Shown here piece after piece: positions 11,173-23,487 of a DNA stretch of 64,000 nucleotides. The DNA lies in contig JBLDXI010000010.1 of the NCBI GenBank assembly GCA_047495785.1, forward strand, positions 1,550,001 to 1,614,000, in the 5' to 3' direction. Below the pieces are notes generated by a model. That model did not search any database. It worked only from the letters and a program-made list of their open reading frames with translations, and was not told the origin of the DNA. How positions within the stretch are numbered: the first letter of the stretch is position 1; the number at the start of each line of letters is the position of its first letter. The stretch is from Lepidodermella squamata (lineage: Eukaryota > Animalia > Gastrotricha). The translations under genes and the position numbers were made by a program.

Positions 11173-13511
11173 ATGATCGAATTAGGCCGAATCTTACAAC
11201 TCATCACTCTTCTGTCACTACAACAAATCGCCACAAGCCAAAAAGAGGTAGAAGAAACTGTTTTTCGGAGAAATGAGACACTTTTCGACGCAATCGATCG
11301 AGCTTTCCCACCTGAGATGTTCGCGGCAGCGTATGGAAACAAAACCAGGCTAGCCGAACTTCTAAGGAAATGGCCAAAGCCTTCAGATGGTGCGAATGTC
11401 AAGGATTGGGTCCTGCAGACCCCGCTACACCTCGCCGCTAAATTTGGAAAGTTGGAAACAGCAAAACTACTCATAGAAAATGGTGCGGAGGTCAACTGGC
11501 GCAACCGTGATTTCGACGAAACACCCCTCCACCTAGCTGCGAAGTCTGGCTACTTGGATTTGGTGCGGCTACTGATTCAAAGTGGAGCAGATGTTGATGC
11601 TTCGATCAAGGTAACCTCAGTCCACTTCCCAGGTGGTACCCCGATGACCTACGCAATTGAAACCGCGAATTCCCTCGACACAGTTGGGATGTTGGTTCAA
11701 CTCGGCGGGGCGAATGTCAATTTGCCAAATCTTGAAAAATTAACCCCGCTACATCTGGCGGTCAAAAATCAGAATCTGGCCCTTGTCAACTTCTTGCTAG
11801 ACTCTGGCGCAGATATTGAGGCGAGAGACACGCAGGGCCGGTCTCCACTGAATTACCTGGTCTCGGTCCCGGAGGTCCATCCACAGCTGCCTATGATTGC
11901 CTATCTACTGAGCAGGGGAGCTAACATCGAGTCGCCGGACAATGTCGGCAGGACTCCGGTTCAAAACGCGATTCTACAAAGCCATAGAACCGTCGTGAAG
12001 TACTTGCTACAGAAAGGCGCGAAAATCAATAGCCGAGGAATCACAGGTCGGACTGTTCTGCATCGCGTTGTTGTGACGAAGTCACTGCGTAAGGTTGAAC
12101 TGGTTCAGTTTATGTTGAAGCATGGCGCTGATCCGACAATGAGCACGCCAGATGGCTGCGACATGCCACTCCACGAATTTGTCACCATGAACAAAACGGA
12201 CTACTACAATGAGTCGAGGGAGGTGATTTTGGAGATTGCGAGGCTGCTGATGAACTACGGCGCTGATCCTAACTACAAGGAGCCGTGTACTGGGACTTCT
12301 GCTCTTGATGTTGCGTTGAGTAATGGTTTCGTGCAATTGGCAGAAGTTCTACAGCATGGTCCTGGTCTAGACGCTCTCATGGAATTAGGTAACATTTCCA
12401 TACATTTTCTACTTAGAAGCTAAAGTAAGACTGAAGTTCTGATTTTTGAGCTTGGGGGAGAATCGGAGCAGGTCGGCCTACAATTTAATTACAAATTGAA
12501 ATCCATTTTCGATGTCCTTCTAAATTCTGGTATTTTTCAGATGAAGAACAGCCTCCTAGTCCCACCGACCTGGCCGTTACTTTCTCACACATTGGCCTGG
12601 ACAAACTCGAAGAAATCGTAATAATGCTGGCAAAAATGGATCCAGCTACCGCGACAAAAGAACGCGATTGGCTGAACCAAACCGCCCTACACGTTGCGTC
12701 CTTCTTCGGCCGAGCTTACGTCTCAATGGTACTGACCTGTTTCGGCTACGACATCAATGCGAAAGACATATTCGGCCGGACACCCTTAATCAATGCTGCT
12801 AGGATTGGAAATGTAGTTCTTATGGAATATTTCCTAGACAAAGGAGCTAATATCGAGACAACAGATGATGAAGGAATGACTCCGTTGTTATCGGCAGTCA
12901 AATATTCAAGTACCCCAGCTGCTGTTAGATTTCTAATCGCGAAAAAGGCGAATTTAACAGCTTTGGCGAAAGATGGCCTGTCAGCCCTTCACATGGCTGC
13001 GGTGAATCAAAATTTCGAAATTATGGAGATTCTTCTCAGCTCGAATCTTTCAGCCGATATTAAGACCCCACACGGCGAGACAGTTCTCAATTACCTTATG
13101 CATTCTTCCTGCTGTTACCCCCAAATACCAACCGTCGATATTTTAATGAAACACGGGGCAAGTACGAATATGCCGAACGATGAGGGCTATTCGCCGCTAC
13201 ATGGCGTAATATCATCGAAAAAGGGCTCGGAACTTTTGATTTTACTCATGTACCGAGGCGCAGATCCGAACGCTCCGAACCCTAAAATAGGATGTACCTC
13301 CCCAATTCAGTGGTACGCTCGAAATGCTGCCGGCGATCCGAATATTTCTGATGAAGAAATGGCCTCTGCTATGAAGTGGATGGTTGCATTTGGCGGAAAT
13401 GCAACAAAACCGGATTCATGCTATCATAACTTGTCACCGCTTAATTTGGCCGATAGGTCACTACGCCGTCTCACTGCCAGCGTTCTACGAACGTCGAGAC
13501 CATTCCTATGA
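11173..13511 (+). CDS. Ankyrin-repeat protein with N-terminal signal peptide, paralog 2 (2 exons)
   Basis: Shares AFPPEMFAAA, QTPLHLAAKFGKLETAKLL, NRDFDETP and CCYPQIPT with paralog 1. Intron 12389-12540 sits at the same position (after MEL). N-terminus MIELGRILQLITLLSLQQIATS. Confidence 0.9.
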
Positions 13512-13914
13512 AACCTTCTGCCCTTTTTTTCTTTTGTAAAGAAATAACGTCATCGGCTAATCTCAAGCGTTGTTATTGTAATAATTCACTATATAACCTT
13601 CTCTCACTCTCTTGAAACAAAGTATGATAATTCATCATTTTTTTGGTTTTTTATAATAAAAAGAAGATGACAGTTTTTGAAGCCAATAGTGATATCATCT
13701 TCTCACATCGCGTGTAAGAATGGCCCGAGCTGTTTTTTTCGACCGAAAGCACAACGTGTTGAAAAAATGTTATTTTTTTATTCTTTCTTATATAATATAA
13801 TACTTCACTTGTTGCCTCGTGTATATTACCTATATATATGATGAGCAAACTCTTTGATGTGTAAATTTTGATGCTGCTGCTCTCGAGGTGTTTGCCGGTT
13901 GAAGTTTAATTGTT

Positions 13915-15499
13915 TCATAGAAAGGTGCTGCGGTTGAGGGTTGCGGTGGCAGCGTATAGACAAAGGCCGAGGAAAAGGATCACAACTTGAGGTTGAGCGA
14001 ACGAGCCAGAGTCCGTTATTCTGTTGCATTGTTGCCGGTAACAGTTTCCGAGTGATGTCCTGGAAAAAACAGGTCATTTCGGATTAAGATTCAATGAATC
14101 ATAGAATAATGTCTAACAGGCTCCTCACGAATAACAACTGAGGAATCGTCATTAAAAAACATGTCCCTTAAATATTCAAGCCAAGCCAAGAATGAAATTG
14201 AGACGCAAAGCAATAAAGAGAATCATTTTTTCAGCCAAAGAAAAAAGGGCTTTGCTCAATATGTACAAACCAAAGGAACGGCTTTAGCATTTTGTAAAGA
14301 TAATTAGGAATTAGGTAACTGAATCAGGTAATTTCTTGGCGATGATGAATCGGATAATTGTGATTTTAAGAAAATTTCAAGGAGTCTTCAAATCTTTGTA
14401 AGATATTTGCAGTCATTTTTTAAACTTGATCAATTTTCCTAATTTATAATTGACTGATTCTATTTGTAAGTAAATATAGGCGATAAAATAGCCGTTATTG
14501 TTATTTCCCGGCTTCGGGCTGACATCCCAATGCTAACCCTGAAGCCTTCAATTTTGTAAAAGCAATCATTTCGTTCATGATTAATCTATACATTTTCTCA
14601 TTTTTTTACTTGAATGATACATTATTCTTCGGACGTTCTAAAACTCGGATAGTCTCACACCTCACACCTCGGACTATTTTTTATTTAAAACGAGGCTTAA
14701 AGGGACACGTAGGGCATTTTTATTCAAGCTTTTATGGATAACTTGCAGCGGGACAAAATTTGTACAAAAATTGGGACAAAAATTCAAAACTATTTTGTAC
14801 TGCTTTTTAATTACTTTAATAATTATTACGCTGTGTTCTTAAAGCGATTTTCCGGCATGGGCTAAAAATGCGCAAAATTCAATGACTAATTTCAAAATTG
14901 ATAATTAATTACCCGAAATTTTGAAAATTAATTAACGTGGTGCCATAAATTATTTTAAAATTAGTCAACGTTTTAGTAATCAATTGCTGTACATGTTAAC
15001 TGAGATACATAAGGTAAAAAATAAACCGATAAACGAAGCACGTGGTGATTCAATTCATCATCATAAGAAAAGACCTAGGTTTAGAGCAAGTGTTACGTCT
15101 CCCTAATCCTCATATTCCGCTTTGAATCAAAAAAAGATATGATATTCCATTGAGATAATCATTATATTCTTCGCGGAATGATTTTAAACTCTCACCTTGT
15201 GCAGTAAGTATAGCTGATTCCGTCGATAGAAACAGCTTCCATGCAGGTCGGCGAACACGTTTGGCGGATGTATGGATAAGTAACTGAATTCACGTCGAGC
15301 TAAATTTGATTAATGACAATTTCCAATTAAGAATGGTGCTCAGCCAATTTACCCGGCAATAAATCTCCGGTCCAGTACAAGTCTGTTGGATATTGCTGTT
15401 CTCACAGGTTAACGCGTTGCCTTCACATAGGAAGCAGGACAAGCCATCGGCGAGGTGAAAACTCGATGGAAATACAAAAATTACAGCCAAAAACAGCAT
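13915..15499 (-). CDS. Ly6/uPAR three-finger protein, probably GPI-anchored (3 exons)
   Basis: Exons 15499-15353, 15299-15196 and 14059-13915 give signal peptide + LSCFLC..C..C..CR..CSPTC..YC..CYRQQCN + hydrophobic C-terminus. Intron 2 is unusually long (about 1.1 kb). Confidence 0.8.
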
Positions 15500-16470
15500 T
15501 TTAATCGAGGATGAAACAGCGAGGCTCAATACTTTCAAACGCATTAGTGAAGGTAATTAACAGGCAGAAAAAAACAGATCTACAGAAAAACAACAAATGA
15601 AATCACAATTACGTTTGCAAAACAAACCGCTCGCATGGTTCACGTCTATGGCGAAACGAGAGCAAAACAACAAGAACGGTGGCGCGTTGCAAATCTGTCT
15701 GGGCGGTCGCGTTTCGCTGGGCGTGTGACGGCGCGCGGGCGGGCGAAAAACAGCCGTGCTGCGCCATATAACATGAGTAATTGTTGAGCAAACACTCGCG
15801 AGGACGCTCATTGTTTTTACGATAAACAACAGATTATTACAAGATATACAAAAGGCGTGTAATCCGCGCGCCTCGCACAAGTGCCGCGCTTCGCACTGTT
15901 TGCAACGCTCAACTCGATATAGAGAGATAGGCGTAGTAACATTAAAAACGCAACATTTTCTCTCGAAACGGCACTTGTGTAACGGAAACGCTATCGTGAA
16001 AATGGCGTCGCGTTTTGCGCTAAATTGCCGGCTAAAAAAGGGCCCGCTTGGCTGATAGCTGAAATCATCCTGCGCAATTTTATTACCGATAAAATGACCC
16101 GCGCGCTTCCTCACCACCTGCGAAATTCGCAGCGCAGGGCCAGTAATTGGTAAATCATGTTTGCTCACCCTGCTGTACGCACCTAGGTAGCGTGCGTAGA
16201 CAGGATCATATTAAAGGTAAACAAAGCGAGTCGAGGACGCACTGCGGGTGACAAAAGGCGCACCTCAAGTGCGCGGATAATGACCAGTGTTGCCCCGGTG
16301 TTCTGTACCAGCAGTGATTCCAGCTACCGTTTCGGAGGCAAACACGGCTCATGTCTCGTATTTACTCTGACACATAATTGACCGCCGGCTGTCTGAACCG
16401 TAATTAAGCCGGCATGTAATTATCTCCGTTGACATGAAAACATATTTTTATTACGTATTTCCGTAAAAAA

Positions 16471-17599
16471 TCACAATTCTGTCCGCAGTATTCTGGGCGG
16501 CGCTGGTCGCAGGAACGGAGTTTTTAGCATCATCATCTCTTCATGCATTGCGTTGTACCGCTGCGGCTGTTGACGGCTGAATGTTGAAGATCGAGCCTCA
16601 GATAATGTATCGCGACGTTTGCGGCATTTAGAGCAGCAACAACAGCATGCAGTGACGAGAAGGATTGTAATAAACAAGATAAGAGTTGCAATGATTAGAA
16701 TCAAAATTGACTCAATCCACTCGAGTCTTCTTGAAATGGATGCAGATAGATCGCAGTCGAAGCGCGGTTGTTCTGAGAGGCAAAGGTAACTAATTGCAGT
16801 GAGAAGTGTGACTAGAAAATATTTTTTCTTCCGGCCAATAAATTGTGTATTGCCCACTTTATCCCTCATTTTTCAGCCGCAAATAATTCAGTGAACGAAA
16901 AATATTTTTCAGAAATTTTAATGGGGAGCTAAAAATTACCAAAATAAATTGCTAAATCGTCGAAATTATCATTGACTTCAAGTAATATTTTTAATTTATT
17001 AAGGACGTACCTTCTTTACTTGAGAATCGTTTCCTAATTTTCTCCCAATAGAATCCAACTCCTGTGATATTTTGACATTCTTCGATTTCATCTTTCGCGG
17101 AAGAATCGGTAATATTTTCAGATTCTGGTTCCGAATTTGAATTTTCGGTGAAATTGATCACAATCGTGTTCATTGTAGTTAGCTCTGGTATCGCCCGACT
17201 GCTACCTGTTTGCTCGATCGAGGCGCTAATTACTTCGGTAGTTTTTAACAATCTAGTAGTTGTTGTAATTTCTAGCTGGACAATAACTTCCGGCGATGTT
17301 TCATTGGGAGGGATGGAGGTAGTTGCGATTGGCGTAGACGTCTCATCAGTCTCGATTTCCAGATGCCCTTCTCCACTAGAAATACTTGCGTTAGCCGCTG
17401 TAGAGCTGTCAACTTCCTCAGCGATACTGAAACTTGAAATCACAGTTGCATCTCCAGCCTCTTCCTTGGTCTGGTTTCCATCATTTGACGCCAAACTTGT
17501 TGGTAAAAATTCTTCAGTTAAAGGATCCGCTTCACTGAGCTGTAGTAATATCGCGATAACAATAAGGCAGTGATATGGCAACAACATAATGGTTTTCAT
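16471..17599 (-). CDS. Type I membrane glycoprotein with Ser/Thr/Glu-rich mucin-like ectodomain (2 exons)
   Basis: Signal peptide, S/T-rich stalk, intron 16812-17010, TM ILILIIATLILFITILLV followed by CCCCCSKCRKRR (palmitoylation/stop-transfer-like) and a short tail. Confidence 0.75.
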
Positions 17600-17790
17600 T
17601 TAAGCATTAATTTGAGCACGAGAAAAACAAATCTTTGTGTCGCTGTACTGGCCTAGGAATTACTACAGCCGTAACAAGGGAGGTAATCGTGTCGCATACC
17701 ATCTTCATGCGTTATAAGTTTGTTTGTGTTAAATTTTAATGACAAATTTTCGTTCATTTTCAAATGATAGCTGATTGACAAAGAAGTGCC

Positions 17791-18651
17791 TCATAATCCG
17801 TAGAAGATCTTGCAAGCTGCTCTGCAGTCTGCGACAGAAGGAAGCGGTGCCGTCGTCTGCAACAAGTTAGAGGGAATTTAGGTTCTATTAAGGATATATT
17901 TGGTACTCACTTTGCACAAGCTCGAAGAATCGCTGCCAGGTTTTATGCATGCACATGTTTCAGCAATATTATCGCCATCTACATCGATTTCACATTTCAG
18001 AGTCTTCTGATTCTAGATAGGAAAATAGAACTGATCAGCTGAGCTCTCCATAACTAATGCCAGGCTTACATATTTGCACATGGCTAGACATAATGAAGCT
18101 GATCCTGTGTTCACGAGTTTAGCCTTCGAATGCGCTAGGGAGCAGTAACCCGATCGGTTTGAGGTGCAGCGACAAAAAGCGTCATCCGTGTTATTGATGG
18201 TTGAGCATAAATAGTTTTCATACTAATAGTTGAAGCTTAAATGTACACAAGCTTCTATGAATCAAGGAATTACCGGTATAGCTGCGCTACACTCGTCAAC
18301 GGAGGAGTAAGTCCCAGAACTGGTCATTATCTAAAAAAATCAGAATCTTATTATTAGCCCAGAACGACTACTTCCACGAACGTCCCAGTTGTCGATTGAG
18401 CAATCCGTTGAACTTATCCGGCATTTAATAAGGCTATCAGATAGATCTCGGCAATACTTGTAGGTTGTAGCCGCTGCTGTAGTTGTAGGCGTTGATTGAC
18501 ATGCCAGACAAGAATCCACACCTTGGTCGGGTGGAATTATAGTTGATTTTAGGATAATCTCAAAAAATCAGAACTCACTAATCGCTATAAAGCAGGCGAG
18601 CCAAATGAGCATACTTGGAGTACACTGTTGGAGTGATTTTTTGAACCTCAT
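17791..18651 (-). CDS. Secreted three-module Cys-rich protein, family member A (6 exons)
   Basis: Manual splicing of 50-60 nt GT-AG introns gives ...MLIWLACFIAISVDSCLAC..TYKYCRDLSDSLIKCRISSTDCSIDNWD|IMTSSGTYSSVDECSAAIP|YENYLCST..FCRC..YC..LCLAMCKY|NQKTLKCEIDVDGDNIAETCAC..LCK|..DCRAACKIFYGL*. Start may be 18612. Confidence 0.82.
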
Positions 18652-18944
18652 TTCGTACCACGAATAATTGTTAATACGTCATGCGGAACTCGGATTGTTA
18701 GGATCAAGTTGCGCAAAAACAACAATTTTGACAACAAAATAGCACCTTTGGATAGCCTACGTCAGTTTAGAAGAGCATTTTTCACACTTGCGGCGTGAGC
18801 ACATTACACCTGTCTGGGATTAGCCTGAGCTTGAGTGAAAACAATAAAAAAGCTTGAAACGCTGGTTATTTTCGGTTTTGAGATGAAAATGAGGAATTCG
18901 ATAAAATTTTGTTTTATTTGGTCGATTCAGTTAATCAAGTTCAT

Positions 18945-19752
18945 TCAACCAGCGGCAGCGTAAACATCGTCGCATGCTTTTACACAAGTTTCTTGGTTAT
19001 CTCTATTGGTCGCAGTGACGCAAATGCCTATCGTATCGCTGTTTCGAGCGATGCAAGCGCAAGTTTCAGGCACTCCATTTCGGTCGACATCCATTATGCA
19101 CTGGATAATTTTGCGACCCTGAAAAATTGAAATAGACGTATTTTCACTGTAGCTTCATCAAATCACTCACGTAGGAGCAGAATGAGTTGCACATTGTAGC
19201 ATTAGGCAATTGGACAATTTTGGCTAGGGCCGGCTTCTCTAAGACACAATTCGGTCTCGTTGAGCATCGGCAATAGGCATCATCCACATTAGCTTTCGTC
19301 GAGCAAAGAAAGGTTTCATACTGAAAATTCAGAATTTGAAGATTAGGTTCGCGGATTAGTAAGAACTCACAGGTATAGCTGCTTCGCAATCTCCAACAGA
19401 GGAATAGATACCCGAGCCAGTCATAATCTGTCACATTAGTAGGAATAGGTTTTAAAAGATCAGTTAATTCATGCGACTAACATCCCAATTGTCAGCTGAG
19501 CAATTCGCGGTTGAAAGTCGGCATTTTATAAGATTGCTACTTAAATCACGACAGTATTTGTACGTAACCGCAACAACTTTCGACTAAAATGAACTTCAAA
19601 GATTCAATTCCGAAAATTTTTCAAATAACTCACAGCATCGCTGGGACTGGAAACGCAAGCATAGCATTGAGCTGCAAGAACTAGAAGAGAAAATTGTTGC
19701 TTGCAAAAAACAGATCAAACTCACAAGGTACTGCAATTAAAGCTAGCTTCAT
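18945..19752 (-). CDS. Secreted three-module Cys-rich protein, family member B (6 exons)
   Basis: MKLALIAVPFLAAQCYAC..TYKYCRDLSSNLIKCRLSTANCSADNWD|IMTGSGIYSSVGDCEAAIP|YETFLCST..YCRC..NC..MCNSFCSY|GRKIIQCIMDVDRNGVPETCAC..IC..TCVKACDDVYAAAG*. Three internal intron positions match member A. Confidence 0.85.
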
Positions 19753-19945
19753 CGTTGCATATACACCGCAAAACAATGGCAACGGTCGTAGACTTCGCCA
19801 TCTGATAAGGCAAGCAACTTGTTTACTCGCGCATCTCTTTAAATTAATGTGTCAAAATTATATTGTTGTGATGATGAGAAAGAGCTCAGTGATGTTTATC
19901 TCTTTTATTTTTTGTTATTAATTACTCTATACAGTTCTCAGGGTT

Positions 19946-20618
19946 TCATTGCGCATGAGGGCGACCGCTGCTGTTAGGCGACGCGTTGCTGTGATTTCGA
20001 CTTGAAAGAGTTCCGAGTAAAGCTGTTGCCCCAGCGGTTACACCCAGCGAGGCTTTTTCCTTAGCGCCAGACCCGAGCAGAGCATTGGCCACAGTCATGT
20101 TCGTTAGATTCAAGACTTTTTTCGGCGCTTGAGTCTTATTTCCGCCTTTTGTCGGCGTCTTCTGATTAGTCGGGTTCAACAAATCTGAAAAATTAAATTG
20201 ACCTGGATGAATTCAGCTTTCAGCCAGGTGACGAAACCTACTCATGAAGTCTTTATCATCAACAGCGCTGTTGAGAAGTGGTGTGAATTTGTAAGAATTA
20301 GCTAGGTTATCAGCCGGTTTTGACTCTTCGACCTTCAGCAGAACTAGCCGCTCTCGAGGCTGGATTGCCTCACTTGCGTACGACTCCATATTTTTGAACA
20401 GGTACTTGCAGTCACCGGACTCATCAGCCAGATCGATTTGATCTAGAGAATAAGCCATAAAAAATCATTTTAAGCTTGAATCTTCTGAAACGCATACCAT
20501 CTTTCCCGCAAACGTCAAAGCAGATTTGTCTCAAGCTGTAGAGAAGTGAGAAATTTTTGCATTGCGTGTTGAACACGTGCGACTTGCCATCACCGAAGAG
20601 CACTACAGCGAACGCCAT
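19946..20618 (-). CDS. CXorf65/C22orf15-family conserved uncharacterised protein (3 exons)
   Basis: MAFAVVLFGDGKSHVFNTQC..LLYSLR..IDLADESG..YASE..LLKVE..FTPLL matches my recollection of the family pattern. Introns 20443-20497 and 20185-20241. Confidence 0.7.
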
Positions 20619-21256
20619 TATCCGAGGTGAAAGCAATTTTCACAATACAGAAGTGACAGGAAGAATAGGTGCGAATTAATTATTACCTAAAGCGCCGCCT
20701 AAATTATTGGATTCCTGTTTTTTTACCACCTATAATGTGCGATTTTTTCGCAGACAAAGCGGCACCTGCGATGGCGCCTGGTAGCGCAGCAACGTGCGTG
20801 AGCGCATAAAAAATCAAAGTAATAAAACCGAACTTGCCGCGCGCTTTGTTGTATTGATTGGGAAAAACCTCGCACAATAATAATAACCCATTTTTATTTG
20901 ATGAGCACACATTTTTCACGCACAAATTATGCACACACAATCAAATGAAAAAGGGTGTTTACGATTCTTTGTGTGTATAATTAAAACTTGCATAATTTAT
21001 CGATGGGATTGTGCATCATTCCAGCTATCAGTGCATGATTTCCCGTGGGTCTCGCGTTGCAGTCCAGTGGGGAAACCGGCACGACGGCTCATTTGTTTTA
21101 TGACGGCCGGTTCGTCCTGATTGAATGTGTCAGAAAACAAATTTTCTGGTCCAGCTCCAAAACTCGTTGTACCATGTACCAACAGGCACCATCATCGGCT
21201 GCTCGCAGAATGACGCGTTGTTTATTTTCGAAATTCGCCACGACGCTGATGCGATT

Positions 21257-21960
21257 ATGCGAGGAAGTTTCACTACCCGTTTCGCTGTCTGCTTCGTCGC
21301 CCTGGTACCAGTTGTTCTCGCGAAGCAGGGCTCAAACCCGCTAATAACCGGCCCGGGCGAGGTGTTTGGAGAAGTTTCTGTTGGACCTACTCAACAAGGC
21401 CGGCAGAGCGAGTTGGACACTCGGCTTCAGTGTTACAGGTGCGAAAATGAGTACAGCAATAATATGTGCAAAAGCGATTTGCGGCTAACCCACTGCGAGG
21501 AAACTTTCGATACCTGCCAGACCATTGTTTTCTACTCAGGTAATTTTTAATCTACAATATCTTGCGAACTCCTAGGAATTGTTAGGAAAATGGCGATTTA
21601 CAAAACCTTCCTCATAATAATTGTTAATAAATAAGATAAATCGAACATATTTTTGATTTTTTTTTAATTACATTTCCTTTTTGCTATGAAGTACTAATTT
21701 TGGATTTTTCCGTAGATGTCAGTCGAAAAATAACGATAACGAAATCTTGCGCTATGAATGCGTCCTGCCAGTACCAGTCTCGAAAAGCCAACGAACGGTA
21801 CCCATGCGACAAAGAGTCCTCTTCATCCTGGATGTGCGTTTACTGCTGCCACAACAACAAATGCAACCGAGAGTCGTCTTCAACCGTTCATTCTTTGAAT
21901 GGATCAACGATTTTTCTTGAAGTTTTAGTCCTTTTATTATATAGTGTAAACTGTAAATAA
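21257..21960 (+). CDS. Ly6/three-finger (LYPD6/lynx/quiver-like) protein, probably GPI-anchored (2 exons)
   Basis: Signal peptide; LQCYRC..NNMC..HC..TCQT; intron 21540-21715; ITKSC..C..C..CVYCCHNNKCN; hydrophobic tail. Confidence 0.88.
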
Positions 21961-21980
21961 AGTCGATTGGGTTGGTCATT

Positions 21981-22753
21981 CTAGCTGGTTGTTAGACCCT
22001 GTAGAAATTGATAGCACGCAAATTTACAGCTGTCATTATTGAGGTAAGTTGTCGTTGCGCCCTATTAAGATAATGAAAAACATTAAATTAAGGTGGACGT
22101 GGGGAAATCGAGAACTACCTCGCAAAGTGTTGTGGTATCAGCGATCGAGCTAACGCAGAAGCACATGTTGGCGCTTGTCAGCGTGGCAGTTGTTTTTGCC
22201 TTGCACAGAATGTTCCTCTCGCCCTGTTGTACGCAAGAAATAAGACAGTTTGGTTCATTTCGAATTATCTTACAAAGCATGCGTTGTAGCAGCGGGATGC
22301 TGTCAGAGCGTCTTTAACCGCTCGGGGGCAGCTTAAGCTTTGAGAAATTGTCTGGCAAGTGCACCGGTAATTAGTTGGGTCGGAACACATGTACCTAGCT
22401 GATTGGGCCTAACAAAAATCACAATTAATTAAACAACAAAATATATGGTTTTGACGGTATTACTGGAATTGCTGCATAACAAGTTGGTTCATCAACGTAA
22501 GTAGTCGATCCTCGCTAGTATGAAAGCTGATTAATCCGGATAAATTTCTCAACCGGATAAATTGAGAACTCACATCTGTCATTCCGTCAGCACTGCAACT
22601 CGCTGTCGATAAACGGCATACTGTTTTCAACAATATCGGGTCGTCGCATTGCTTGTAAGTCGGCGGTGTGGATGCGACAGTTGAGGGAGGACAGCATAGC
22701 ACGTCTCGCAAGCAAATTACGGTTAGCACTAGGAATATGCTGTTAATAACCAT
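21981..22753 (-). CDS. Secreted three-module Cys-rich protein, family member C (5 exons)
   Basis: MVINSIFLVLTVICLRDVLCCPP..TYKQCDD..VCRLSTASCSADGMTD|RGSTTYVDEPTCYAAIP|AQSARYMCSDPTNYRCTC..SCPR..RCYNACF|GERNILCK..MCFC..LCE|GATTTYLNNDSCKFACYQFLQGLTTS*. Confidence 0.85.
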
Positions 22754-23487
22754 ATCCCTTGGAACGGGTTGAGTCCTTATGCGGATGAGCCTTCGTTGCA
22801 TCGCGAAACAAAAGCTAAGCTGTTTACATCAATTGCCCTTGTGTTTTTCGTAAACTTCACCTTGGATGTAAGCGATTTATAATTATATACATACTCGTTT
22901 ATTCAGCCGCGTATCCGCTAATTTGGGTTAAGTCGGCCTGGAGCTTCATCAGGCAATAATTTAGTTTCCGTTTGATGACAGAGAAAGGCAACCTTTAGAT
23001 ATATTTGAGGAATCTGTAGCCATGTTGCTCCCATTGGCTGGAAAAAGACATCAGCGCCTCAGTATGCTCTGAGAGAAACTTGCTACCCTATCTTTTAGTG
23101 AAAAGGACCTCGGATAACGAGAGTCCCGAAATGCTTTGCAATATTTGATGAACTCTATAAATAAGGTGTTTCTTAAGCCCCCTCACTTCAAAAGAAAGAG
23201 TTTGTAGAGATCTCAGGCGCTGAAAAAAGTTTTCGCCTCCGACTCCGCCAGCTCACATACCCAGAAATCAATCCCGCGGCTATAACCGGCGGATAGCACG
23301 GTCAATAGCGTAACAGTTGTCTGATAGCCACAATAATTGTAAATCGTTTGAGCTTTTTGAAATGAATGAAAATCTCTTTAGTGTAATTACTCTTTAAATG
23401 AACGCTATCGTTCTTGGTGTTAAGAGAGATCAGGAATTTTCTGGAAATCATAGCTCTTTTATTGAATACTGTCCATAGCCGATTGAG

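Noticed and set aside
14161-14710. tgtcccttaa and ttaaagggaca as transposon ends in the long Ly6 intron
   Set aside because: Short and facing outward, so they do not bound a single element.
15557-16168. 203-aa minus-strand ORF
   Set aside because: Non-ATG start and no recognisable motif. It lies in a CpG-rich stretch upstream of the Ly6 gene and is probably regulatory or repeat DNA.
20940-20960. 21-bp exact match to 50890-50910 (atcaaatgaaaaagggtgttt)
   Set aside because: No flanking similarity. Probably a fragment of a dispersed repeat, with no function supportable.
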